64,000 nucleotides of DNA from Stylophora pistillata (Eukaryota): the NCBI RefSeq assembly GCF_002571385.2, contig NW_019218601.1, positions 5,987 to 69,986 of the forward strand, in the 5' to 3' direction. Below are positions 40,101 to 51,126 of this stretch, one piece after another. The notes under the pieces were generated by a model that made no database searches, was not told the DNA's origin, and saw nothing but the letters and a program-made list of their open reading frames with translations. The stretch's first letter is position 1; each line of letters begins with the position of its first letter. The position numbers and the translations under genes are program-made.

Positions 40101-43100
40101 TGAAAAAGTGTAGTAACAAGTTCGATTGTTTGGTGAACGAAATGCTTCTCATCAGGGACTTAAAACCCACTCTGAACGTGCAAAGTGATTCAATTCGCGC
40201 AAAAGTATTTGTTTAATTAGCTCGTAACATATTTATGCTAATTTAGTGTTACACCTTGCCACAAACTTCATTTTTTATTTCCCCTTGACAATGGCGTCAT
40301 GATGACACCGAAGCGTCGGTTTTTATCGTTAGTTTTTGCTAGTCTTTGCATTTCTAAATCTTTATTGCACTCATAAACTTCATTTTTTATTTCCCCTTGA
40401 CAATGGCGTCATGATGACACCGAAGCGTCGGTTTTTATCGTTAGTTTTTGCTAGTCTTTGCATTTCTAAATCTTTATTGCACTCATAACAAGACAAAAAA
40501 AATCATATTTTTCAAGAATCTAACAGGTATACTCAAGTGCCAGTCTTGCAGAGAGAACATTCTTATATTTTTTTTTTCTTTGTCCCACACTCATGACAAG
40601 ACAAAAAAACATCTTTCTCAAGAATCTAACATGTATACTCAAGTGACAGTCTTGCAAAGAAAACAATCATAATAACAGTAAATGTTTTCCTACTTTTGCC
40701 AGATACTGAAAAGCTTTTTCAACTGCTCCTGTACAACCTTTGATTTCTGCAACTCTCCTTTTGGTGGCTAATTGCATTTGCACCAACTGGTTTAAGGTTT
40801 GCTGCAAGCAAAATTAATTACAGTTCAGAATCACCTTAATTTTTCTTTCAATTATTAGGTAGCCTTATCTTTTCCAAACTTGGCAGAAAGATAAATATAT
40901 CTTATTAACCAAGCGCGAGGGCCGTACTGGGAGAATATTGGCCCGAGGTCTTGACAGTACGGACCGAGGGCCGATATTCTTCCAGTGCGGTCCCGAGCAA
41001 GCTTGGTTAATAAGAGATTTATTATACGACTGAAGTTCAAAGGGACACAAGTGCAGTATCATTCGGGACCATTCAGGACAGTGCCCGGTCCAATACTGAG
41101 AGAATATTGACCGGCAATAGAGCATTTTTATTGGTTGATTTTAGTTATTGGCCCTCTGACAGCCCGAGTCGTGTAATAAATAAAATTATACCTTCTCTTC
41201 TTCTTCTGTGTACTTTAACCTTGTCAGCACACTTTGGAGCAATTCATTCTCCACCTCAAGTAACCTGTTTGAAAACACAAAATGTAGCATGTCATGAAAC
41301 ATAAAGTTCTCCATCTTCATTGGACAAACAATGATTTTTTTCTCAAAATAAAAAAGTAGATTTATTGTAAAACTTAGACATGTTCAAAACTTAAAAAAAA
41401 AAACCTTTTTGAAGTAAAACTGCCACACTGATAAACCCAAATACCATGACAATATGTTCACATGTGAACTCATAAATGACATGGTCATTATGCCAGGAAC
41501 AAACCCTGGTGAAAATCCTGGCCAGGATCCTGCAGGATCCTGCAGGATCCTATAGGATCTTGAATAGGAACAGGATCCTAACTAGGATCCTGTATAGGAT
41601 TTAAATCCTGACTAGGATCCTAGAAGGATAACAAATTCTGAATAGGATCCTAAGTAGGATCTTAGAGATAAATAGGATCCTATGTACGATCACTGGCCTG
41701 ATCAGGATCCTGGGCAAGAATGATATCCTGGATATATAGAGGATCCTGTGTAGGATCATTATCCTGATCAGGATCCTAGGCAAGAATAGGATCCTGGATT
41801 ATATATAGGATCCTGTGTAGGATCACTATATTCTGATCAGGATCCTGGGGAAGAATAGGATCCTGGACATCTATAGGATCCTATGTAGGATCATTATCCT
41901 GATCAGGATCCTGCGCAAGAATAGGATCCTGGATATATATAGGATCCTATGAAGGATCACTATATCCTGATCAGGATCCTGGGAAAGAATAGGATCTTGG
42001 ACATCTATAGGATCCTATGTAGGATCACTATCCTGATCAGGAACCTGGATATATATAAGATCCTATTAAGGATCGCTATCCTGATCAGGATCCTGGATAT
42101 ATATAGGATCCTATTTAGGATCACTATATCCTGATCAGGATCCTGGTCAAGAATAGGATCCTAGATATATATAGGATCCTACATAGGATTACAGCATTAT
42201 AACACTTTCCTAGCATTTTAGTCTACACCTTTGATGTTTGATGTCACATTGTAATTAGTACCCGCTTTTGTATTACATCATATTGTAAATAATTTATTCA
42301 TCTATTGTATGCTATATAATTGTTCATACTCAGTTACTCATTAACTGAAGATGGCATATGCATGCCAAAACATGTCTTTCAAAAAAGTTGTATATTTCTT
42401 ACAATGTCTACCATACTTGCTATTACCGCGACCTTGTGGAATTATTGTTTTAACCGAATTTAAAAAAAGGTGAAGGTAAGTCTTAAGATTATAACCTTGG
42501 AAGAAGATCAATTATTAATCCTGACTTCATACACAACACCAAAATGGCCTCCACCGCCTAGGATGATTTGCTAGATGTAGGGGAATTCCATGCTGACAAA
42601 GATGATTTAAAACAGGTCAAGAATCACACAAAAGATTACATAGCAGGACTAAAGGAAATAGATAAAGAAAAATTACGAGCGCATGTCATGGAAGCTTTTT
42701 TGGCATTTGTAAGATTTTATTACAAGAAATCTTTGAAGCCTAATCCGTGTGATTGCGCTGATTGTAAAAATGGAAGGAGAAATTACAAGAATCCGACAAC
42801 AGGAACATTAAAGACTAAAGTCACAGCAGATAAATTGTTAACCTTAATTGTAATTTATATTATTTTCTGTGTATTCTAGTGGAGTGAGTTTGTTTTAAAT
42901 AAAGTTCCTATTTTTAATAATATTCGGTATTTTTCGTGACTATTACACCATGTTTTTATCATACACTTGAACTTTTTATCATACCTTTGAACTTGTACAA
43001 GATCCTACAGGATCCTATAGGATCTTGTACAAGATCCTACAGGATCCTATAGGATCCTACAGGATCCTACAGGATCTTGTATAAGATCCTGAATAGGATT

Positions 43101-46100
43101 TCAGGCAAGATCCTAGTAAGGATCCTATCAAGATCTTGCACAAGATCCTGAACAGGATTTTCACCAGGGAATCCAGAATTTCATAGATACAGGCATATCA
43201 AAATAATCAATACTAGATTTTCATTTACTGTTGCACCTTAAGCTTTTTGCAAGGACAACAAATACATACTTTTCAATGTCTTGGACATCTTGTGACAATC
43301 GCCGTTGTTTCCCCTGTGGAAGAAATTACACACCTATCATTTCTATGATCACTGTGATAGTATATGTAGAGAGCATATTTGGTGAAAGAACTAGAAATAT
43401 ATTTGCATTCAAGACCCAAGTAGTGTATCTTCCATATCCTCACTAATGACAAACTTAAATACTACTTAAGCCTGGTTCACACATACAATACAAATGCAAG
43501 TGCAAATGCAAGGATTTACAAGTGTTACAATTACCCAATGCAAATGCAAATGCAAGCGTCAACACAAAAAAGGAAGAAATTTTCATTTACTTAAGCTTGC
43601 ACTTGTGTTTGCATTCAATCCCCACAGATGTGAACTATGGAAATGCTTTAAATGCAAGATGAAAAACACAGGTTCCATTGGTTCCATTCCACCATGGTAA
43701 ACTTCAAAATAAAATGGTGTTGATGTCTTCCTTCATTCCCAAAGAAAAACTTGTGGAAAGTAATGACAAATTTCCTGTACTTTTTGACAGAAGTTCTCCA
43801 AAATTTAAAGGAAAATCAAAGAAAAGAGTCTTCCCAGGAAAGATGTAACCAGAGAAGTGGGCCCAAGAGACAGTATTTTTTACAAAAGCATCTAAACGTA
43901 AACAGCATCTCTATATTGATAAAACGGCTTTCAAACCATTCAGTAAACAATTAAAGCATAAATTTTCTCTTCAGAGCTGTGCAATTGAAAATGAATAATA
44001 AATATATTGTAGCAAACTCTATGGCAGAGGCTAAATCATTGTTGGCAATCTTTGAAAAATACTTCCAATGCACTTGCATGTCTCCCTTTCTTTGTGAAAT
44101 GTGAACTTGCTTGCATTTACATTCACAACACATGTATGAACCAGGCTTTTAAAGCTAAATTAGTTTCTCTAGTGTAATGCAAAGAGGGGGAATGATGCTC
44201 TCCTTTGGATGAATCAGAGTCATCCACACCCCAACATTAGTGTTTACCAGAATTGGCTGACATTAACTGTTATATGCACCACTGTATTCATCCTATTCTT
44301 TCTGTATATGTGACACTTTACTTTTCCTTCTGATTCATCAACAGCTCAAATCAAGCAAATCTTCTGCTAATGCTCATCATTTGATAAATCCACAAAGCAA
44401 CACAACATGAGTGTGTGTAACATGATAGCATTTTTCATAACGAAAATTTTCCGTCATAGACTTGTTGCTTTTTCAAATTCAAAAGTTCTTTGATTTACAC
44501 AACAACGTTACACAAAGAAAACTTATGGTACTGAGTATCGAAGACACATCGGTCCCACAATTTTTTTGTCAATGGAACTCATGTAAATCGTATATGCACG
44601 TCTGACTGCCCTGCATCTGAGCCTATGAAATGAGTCTGCACAGTTAATGTATGTCTGAGTGGCACTGTAAGTGGAAATAGTACAGTGAAAGTGTAATGTC
44701 TAATCCTAATTCATCCAGGTTTCTTTATTCCTTTACTCAGAAGCCTTTTAGGGTAATTTTTCTCCATTGGTTTTAAAGAATCCAACCATCAAGTTATAAA
44801 CGAAAAGAATTATACTGAGTTTTTTTTTTTTTTTTTTGAAAGCTTTCAAATCTGAAATCAGAGTTCACACTTAGTCTGGTTTACTCGTATATATCTTAAC
44901 CCAGGGAATCTGGCAAATGAAACACTGGATCACCAGATTTCTCGAACTGGAAAATAGAAAAGCTACATACTGTATGTCTCCAATAACCCATAATTACAGC
45001 CCAATCTATACAAGCTGTCACCATGGGGAATGATGGGGTGACCCCTTAGTACAGGTTGACCAGCTAATGACTTGCATGATGTTTGTCTGTAATGTTTGTC
45101 CTAAACATGGAATAAATTTTAATTGAGATTATTCTTAATTCTGTCTGAGTAGTTTGGCTTTAAGTGTCAATTCAATAGAGGTGGAAGACAATACAAACAG
45201 GCCATTTGGACTCGGTCAAGGGTGACCACGAACACGTAATAGAAGTGAAAATTACAGTACTTAAAAGTAAAAATTTTGGGACATTTACACAACTGCTTTA
45301 TACAGAGTGGCAGCTTAATGCAGCAGACCTTAATGCAGGTGTAACTACAAGTATAATAAAAATTTGGATGTTTTACCAAGACTTCTATTTGTTCATATCT
45401 GTGTGCCTTGAAAACATCCAGGCTATGCACTTGAATATTACACTGAGGGCACAGACAGATAATTCTATCTGTAAGATAAAAAAAGAAATCATAAATGTAA
45501 CTGTTGTCAAAAAAGTGTCTCTTGGTTTCATGTTAACTATGAACCAGTGGCATAAAATATACAGTACAACTTGTGCTTAGTTTCATTAGCTGATCCTGCT
45601 TCAAAAAAAACTTGCAATTGTTTACAGATTAAAGAATCAGGTTTAAAAGAATAAAAATTAATCCATGCATGAACAGCAAAAGTCAAGTCCCAGATCAGCA
45701 ATGAGACAGATTCGGATTTTACTTTTCCACATTGTTTGTGTCATTACCCATTCAGATTTTGATAACCACAAGATAAGTATTGACCTGAGCGCTGTGCCTC
45801 TTAAGGATTAGAAAATCCAAAGGATATTTTGGCCACAGTTACAGGAGTAGGAAACAATATGCCACAGTTCGGATATAATTTATGAATCTTGTATGTATTC
45901 GATGTGTTTAATATGCCACATATACATTGACATTTGCAGCAGTTGCACATGTCTATTGAAATATGATGCAAAAATTTGAGCCACACAAAACAAAAGTGTT
46001 GGTCTGTTGACCTCGTTCATTCTTATTCAGGTACAGCGTCATGGTACATATCCAGCAGACCTGGTTCTTTTTTGAGTGTTGGTGCCTAGATCTACTGCAA

Positions 46101-46527
46101 GTCTGAATTCCTTTCTAGTGTTGATGCTTAATTTCTACGCACCAAGATATTAATTTTAGTAAGTCTAACTGTTTTTTGTTGATTTTTTTGTTTGTTTGTT
46201 TGTTTTTTTGTTTAACCACATTTAGTATTGTACTCATTTTAGCTGTCATTTTAATCTTTACCGGGTGCAAATCACGTGCATTCACCTTGGACAAAATCAA
46301 CATGTTTACCATGTGTTTCCTGCACCAAAACATGCTTACATGCATGATTTGCACTGATACAAGAACAGATCACTGGTTTGGAATACAAATCTTTCCAAAT
46401 AAGCAAACAGTGTGAAATTTTAGGAGGTGACCTTACCATATTTGCAATCAAAACACTTGAAATCCGCTCGCTTCTCAGGATGATTGTAGCACATAGGCGC
46501 GTTTAGCGACAAGCTCGCAGCAGCCAT
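24700..46527 (-). CDS. Multi-exon B-box / coiled-coil / Tudor / PAM2 / YTH / Tudor protein (RNF17/Qin-like with a YTH domain)
   Basis: Manually spliced gt-ag exons (approximate): 46527-46437 (Kozak gccATGG), 45468-45377, 43313-43270, 41264-41192, 40801-~40700, probable ~38430-38364, 38230-38002, 37889-37772, 37218-37089, 36607-36505, 36339-36289, 35541-35480, 34828-34734, 34001-33976, 33147-31678, 30950-29567, 29277-29128, 27806-27699, ~27311-27167, 27039-26942, 26723-26680, 26341-26285. The 3' end is uncertain (~25325 or ~24700). B-box: CYNHPEKRADFKCFDCKYDRIICLCPQCNIQVHSLDVFKAH. Tudor 1: GTFCAAL...FCRTRV...KIRFLDYG...AFQACL. YTH: RFVLIKS...DIWCS...VFLLF...FCGLAEM...DIRWIY. Tudor 2: CAVKGRDEYWYRALV...IRLLDIG...PAQAFECC. 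Reading phase across 40700-38230 is not fully resolved. Confidence 0.8.
25005..25120 (+). mobile_element. Short PLE-derived/SINE-like repeat fragment
   Basis: ggttgtcgaaacgtca...ccttctcaggactacactcaccc...cccgggttcaaacca pattern, resembling common cnidarian PLE termini. Confidence 0.45.
25665..25860. mobile_element. Interspersed repeat (tttctaNagaaactgt...ggccaccgt family); related fold-back copies at 34990-35150 and 36058-36240
   Basis: Three diverged copies share tttcta(a/t)agaaactgt...tatcaact...tgtaaattggccac. The intronic copies fold back on themselves. This copy carries ttcgagcgttagccctt and ctgacgaagggcta, pieces of a minimal hammerhead-like motif also seen at 60090-60125. Confidence 0.6.
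27401..27458 (+). repeat. 13-bp tandem repeat (ggaatccccaaaa) x4
   Basis: Directly visible in the sequence. Confidence 0.9.
28110..28860 (-). mobile_element. CR1/L2-type LINE 3' portion with microsatellite tail (intronic)
   Basis: ORF 28318-28860 reads LLRRVRSSI...IYQSMIMPIFMYC...NTRNNG...SFYFLGASLFNSLP. An (aat)n tract at 28110-28140 is the (att)n tail on the minus strand. Confidence 0.85.
29730..30400 (-). repeat. Coding 72-nt (24-aa) tandem repeat, 4 tandem copies plus 2 downstream copies
   Basis: TVPSNDGSDWEVRTPSKTSLE-type units within ORF 29550-31190. Confidence 0.9.
31815..32290 (-). other. YTH domain (YTHDF-like) within the large exon of the Tudor gene
   Basis: Aligns by eye to the YTHDF consensus (VFIIKS, KYxIWCST, VYLLFS, HFCGVAEM, FDVRWIF, SRDTQE, TSIFDD). 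Here these read FVLIKS, KFDIWCSN, VFLLFA, KFCGLAEM, CDIRWIY, AMDGCE, NSILQD. Confidence 0.88.
33317..33543 (+). repeat. ~44-bp minisatellite x5 (tgtctgtcatatgacaattaagtctaggtctgagatgacccc)
   Basis: Five tandem copies, each containing the palindrome tgtcatatgaca. Confidence 0.9.
34066..34340 (+). mobile_element. tRNA-derived SINE
   Basis: A-box tagctcaatgg and B-box ggttcgagcccc in a tRNA-like head, followed by a non-tRNA body (cagggtcttaaaataattgagaag...). Confidence 0.75.
38535..38637 (+). mobile_element. tRNA-like SINE interrupted by the Penelope insertion; it resumes at ~40489
   Basis: Head ggctcagtgctagagcatc...ttgtcttacactcataa continues as caagacaaaaaa after the PLE. An uninterrupted tail copy is at 40565-40620. 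Confidence 0.55.
38638..40488. mobile_element. Penelope-like element, two 5'-truncated copies in inverted orientation (GIY-YIG endonuclease)
   Basis: The minus copy (38638-39603) has the RT thumb (KFTVEVEKNSKLPFLG, KVYVKPTNTGLLLHYQSH) and GIY-YIG (VVYQFQCDLCDAGYVGYT). The plus copy (39604-40216) is nearly identical, and its 3' segment is duplicated (40262-40376 / 40374-40488). The sequence cactcataa flanks both sides. Confidence 0.93.
40895..41025. mobile_element. Hairpin/palindromic MITE (Crypton-like)
   Basis: tcttattaaccaagc...gcttggttaataaga inverted arms, with inner gggccgtactgggagaatattggccc / gggccgatattcttccagtgcggtccc. Confidence 0.6.
41504..43169. mobile_element. Non-autonomous DNA transposon with CCC termini (EnSpm/CMC-like) and AGGATCCT-rich subterminal arrays
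   Basis: 17-bp TIRs ccctggtgaaaatcctg / caggattttcaccaggg with a putative 2-bp AA TSD. Dozens of aggatcct motifs lie in 41520-42190 and 42995-43160. Confidence 0.8.
43468..44148. mobile_element. Harbinger-like MITE
   Basis: TIRs aagcctggttcacac / gtatgaaccaggctt, with subterminal aaatgcaag repeats. Confidence 0.65.
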
Positions 46528-46808
46528 GGCCACCAACTTCACACAAGAAGCTACTTTATGTGACCTTCTTTAACGTTTTCCAAAAAAAACAAAATTTATA
46601 ATCTTCCACGAAAGTTACCCCCGTAACGAGAATTCACGCTCGTTACATTCTCAATTCTCATAATGACAACCCACTGTAAACCAACTGGTGATTGTCTTAC
46701 GCATGCTTCGAAGTCTCGCGCGTTTTTTCGCCCGAAGATGACGAATCTTCGCCTGACTCTTCGGGAAAACTTCGCCAACTTTAGAAATTCCCGATACAAC
46801 GAATGCTC

Positions 46809-47302
46809 GTTACTATGGTGACGCCCGCAGGTCAGGAGGAACGCGTGCTTGTCACTGTTGCCACCGACCTATAATGCACAGTCACCACTGGAAAAAAGAA
46901 AGCAATATTATACCGTCGATACTTCGACAAATTCTTTCTAGAATCGCATAACCGAATAAAATCTTGCATTCTTATTGGTTAACGAAGCGAGGTATGACGT
47001 TGGAACTGCGAGTTAAAAACGAGGCTAGAATAAAAAACAAACAATATTATTGCTGTTTTCTTTTTTTATTATTTCTATTCAAGGAAAATTCATTACATGA
47101 CTAGTGAATTCCGCGTTAAAAACCAATATCAGATTCCGCGTGCAATTTCCCGAGCCAGGTAATGAAATTTCTTTTAATATTCGCAAAAGAATTCACTGCA
47201 GCGAACCGATGACAAGTTTTTCTGCGTGATCAGTGATAATCACTGTTGAGTTTCCTATGCATATTTACATATTTGTATCTCGCGTGTTGCCATCTGGGTG
47301 AC
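46809..47302. promoter_or_regulatory. Divergent promoter region with RFX X-box-like motifs
   Basis: gttactatggtgac (46809-46822) and gttgccatctgggtgac (47286-47302) lie between the divergent ATGs at 46527 and 47608. Confidence 0.5.
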
Positions 47303-47607
47303 TTGACATCAAAAGAACAAAGCAATTGTCTTGATAGAACAATAGCTCACCATGAAAACCTCTAATTGGAAATAAAAGAGAACGCCTTTTAGGCTTAAAA
47401 ATTTGCATTCAAACGAATAAGTATTTGTGTTTTAATTCCCATGGGCTCGCGCGGCCTTCTGGTTTTATTGTTAATGAAGTCACACGGATAATTAAGTATA
47501 ATGTATTATTAGTCAATTGTCTATCCAGTTGAATCTTAGTGCTTTAGTAGATTATGCCTTTCTAAGATCACGCTTTTATCGGGGTTGAATCTAGACAGCG
47601 AGCAAAA

Positions 47608-50600
47608 ATGAGAGGAACCAGAAAATCTACCCTTATGACTCCGGATCCGTACCATATACCTGGGTAAGTAACATCGGGCAGGATTTTTTACTCAGGCGCG
47701 CGCTAACCAAATCGCTTGCTCCTCACAAATGCTTTCAAATGGAATACTAGCATCATTTTCGCCAGCAAGCATTTATGCTTTCATGATTGCTTTGCTTCCA
47801 CAGTTATTGCGGTTATTGCCCACAATTCAAGTACCAAATTGGCGAAACTTTCGGAAGAACAACCTCTCAGCTTTTGACAACATCAAGTGTGGCTTGCTCT
47901 GGCAGGCCTGTACTGTCCGACATTACTCCACATCCTCGACCGCCGAAGGACAACAGGAGATCTTTGATAGCTGCGCGTTGCAAAAATCTCGGGGATCAGA
48001 AATTGTGCGATGAAATGGTGCCGAACTATACAGGTAAGAACTAGGAACAATGTTTTTTCTTCCTTTTAGCTCTTAAACATATCTTAGCGCCCTGTTTTGA
48101 AACGATTATCTAATCGTATTTTATAATCCTTGGTACACAAACGAGTGTCATAAAAGTTTTCTTGCGGTTAGCTTTGCTAAACAGAGGAAAACAAAACCCT
48201 GTCTGTAGAGGGACTTGTCAAAAAGATATTAGAATATAATACTGTTTCATTACGAATCCTAAAACAACTTTCCTGCGTTCCTCTATAAACAACAGAAAAT
48301 AGATCAAAAGAATTCAATGGTGACAGACACAAACACAAGAGTAGCAAACGCTTTATTCAAGTTAAGAGAGGACCAGAAACATAAAAAAGACCGACGATGT
48401 TTCAATAAAAAATTGAATCATGTTGGAGCTGGATGAAGTGGTTTGAAATTATTTAATTCGCTTTTAAGAGATAAATAAGATTCAGACGTCCCAGTGTTTC
48501 CCTGTTGTGTGACTCTTGCGATGAATAGTTTACAGTTGTAACCAAGGGAGCAGACAAGTCTCGATTTCATGAGCTCTAAAATTTATGTAATGTATGCGTT
48601 GCCCATCAGATCGCTGAATATTGCGTTATCTTTGTTTGTCTAACTATGATATGCCGCTGGAACATCTGCCAGTCTAGGCACTACAGAAAAGCTAATAACC
48701 GGTGAGGCTCAAACAATTTCTTTCACGAATGTTTCTTTTTTACTTTTGAACAAGTACTCCAGCAAAAAAAAAAATTACTGACCGGTTTATCTGCGATGAT
48801 ATTTGCCCACTAAAATGAGCAGATGTTCAAAAGTATAGCTCTTGGTAAAAAAAAAAAAAAAAAAAAAAAAACGAAATAAAAACTGAATTTTACCAAAGGT
48901 TTAACCTTCACGGGTGTATCAAAATTTAATACAATAGGCATGTAAATGAAGTGTGTCGGTGCAAGGTACCGTTTCTGCTTTCAGTTTCCTCATTTCTATC
49001 CCTTTTCTCGAGAAGGAATTAAAGAATCCAGCCAGAGACATGAGGCTGCGGCCATAAATGACTCGAGCATATTTAACAACTATTTACCGAGGTGACGGTG
49101 GCTAGGACAAAGTTGAATAACGTCAAAGGTATGCGGTCACAATGCGGGTTCAAGCGCACGTGCGAGGTTTGAAATTTAGCGAAATTTGCCGCCGAAAATG
49201 ATAAGGAGCTGGTATTTAAAACCAAGGCATTTTATTGCAGTCGAAGGCATTTTCCCATGTCAAAGTTTTTTAAGGAGAAAGTTAATTTTCGAAATTTTTT
49301 CGGGGGGTGTACAAGGTTTTTGGAAGTTGTTCTGCAAAAGGAAAGCGGTAAGGAAAACAACACCTCTAAGGAACAGAATAGAAAAGTAACCTTGAGAACG
49401 TCTCAAAATCCGTTTTCCGCACCAAAACCTAGCGCGTGTGTCTACGTTATTCAGCTCTGTCGGTGGCTGGTGGTGGAATTTACCGAGCCACGTAAGTGGA
49501 GAGGTAAATATACACCGACACTTGGGTGGACAGGTCTTTTAGCATTAGCTTGAATATTGCGATGATAAAGCACAAAGAGATGACTAACTCATTCCGCCAA
49601 CGATTACAATAATTTCGAGCGCCGCTTCTTGTGCGCGTTGCTCGGAGGTGAACAGCAAAGAATATTCGAAGTTTGAGTAGCTAATCAGAACGTGCCTCGA
49701 GGGTTATCCACTGTATATGCTAAATGAAAATATAGAGCGGTGCCACAAAATTTTAACAAACGTGCGCGGTTGATGTTACTTGATATGCCTCCAAGTGTTC
49801 CCTTTTTCAAATGAGAAAAGTGGTCTGATAGCAAGTTGCAGATGGTTGTATGTTTTATTGGGCCCCGTACCCAACCCGTGAGGGACATGTATTTCGCCCC
49901 AAATCCCGATACGCAAAGGAAAAATCCCTATCCCATTTGAAAATATGCAAAGCTATTACAGAATTTACCTTTACCCTTTTTCGTTTATAAGGCTATATAC
50001 CAAAAGGAGAGCATTACTTTGGAAAGCCTTACGCAGACACATGTCTAAGCGCTATTGCAAGTTTCCAAGAAGACCAAGTGAAAAATCATCAGAAGATCCG
50101 CGACCTTAGGACAATCGCAGAGCTACAAAAAGGCAAAGACGTTCCCAAAGAACTGATCTCCAGTGATACCCTGATTACGACCAAGTACCAGACTCCTCTC
50201 AAGTCAATAACTATTCGCCCTAAGGCGTATTATTCCCCATTTGCTCTACAGCATTCGCTCTCTCCATTCATTATGAGTAACGACGACCCGAAGAAATTCC
50301 TCATGTCGGGATACACGGGATTCGTTCCCCGAGCCAGGGGCGAAATGGGAATGGGCTATCCATCGTTGACGAATAAAGCGCTGTGTGATTTTGCGGTTGA
50401 AAGTGACAGGCTGAAGCGGGTCAAGGAGCTTCCGATAACTGTCAATCGACCCGAGATCAAACTCGTCGACACCAAGCCGATTTACATCCGAGGTTCGGGT
50501 CAAGTTCCTCATTACACTGGACATGTGCCAGGTAAATTGCTCACTCTCTTAAACAGGTTCCCTCGGAAACGGAATTTACTAAGGCTTTGTGTAACTCCAT

Positions 50601-51126
50601 GGCTTCAAGTCGTACAAGATTGCTTCCCCTTCCATCTTGCTGTTTAGCCAAATATTGTGTCGATTTTTAAAAGCAAGCCTATCAAGGTACACTTTTTGCG
50701 AATAAAGGGGAATTGTGTTTGCGGCTCTGCCATTTATTACACTAAGAAAACATCATCTTTCTCAACTTACTAGAAAGGTTGCGTAAGTAAAAAGGAAGGA
50801 GTAAAACTTCAGAAATCTCCTCAATTTTGAATTTAGCTTATTTGTCCGTGTTGTAAAGAATTCTTGATGCGTGGGGTTTCATACGCAATAATCGAAGGTA
50901 CTCTTCTTCCGATTGGCGGATTAAATTCGTACCTAGATCTCTTTCCTGGCAAAGCCCTCCTCGTCAGTGAGAGATCTGGGTACAAGATTAATGGCAGATT
51001 CCTTCCCTCCAAGATTAACCAAACGTCTCACTTTCTATTTGGTTTTCAGGTGAGAAGTTCCGTTATGGAATGACATTTGGGTACAGCACTCAGAACGCAA
51101 CGCCTATGAAAGCCCTAACCGCCTAA
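47608..51126 (+). CDS. CIMIP2: FAM166/CIMIP2-family ciliary microtubule inner protein (~300 aa)
   Basis: Exons 47608-47663, 47804-48033, 49992-50531 and 51050-51126 have canonical gt/ag sites and consistent phases. Motifs: TPDPYHIPGYCGYCPQFKYQIGETFG, MVPNYTGYIP..HYFGKPYA, SGYTGFVP, VPHYTGHVPGEKFRYGMTFG. The paralog (A/B) is not resolved. Confidence 0.9.

Noticed and set aside
41601-42134. R/I/L-rich ORFs
   Set aside because: Translations of the aggatcct subterminal arrays.
45780-46375. Cys/His-rich reading frames in intron 1 of the Tudor-YTH gene that looked like extra RING/B-box exons
   Set aside because: The frames hit stops or phase conflicts. Exon 1 splices directly to 45468-45377 to give a complete B-box.
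48325-48525. Diverged similarity to 59080-59280
   Set aside because: No open frame in the frames checked; most likely an old interspersed repeat.
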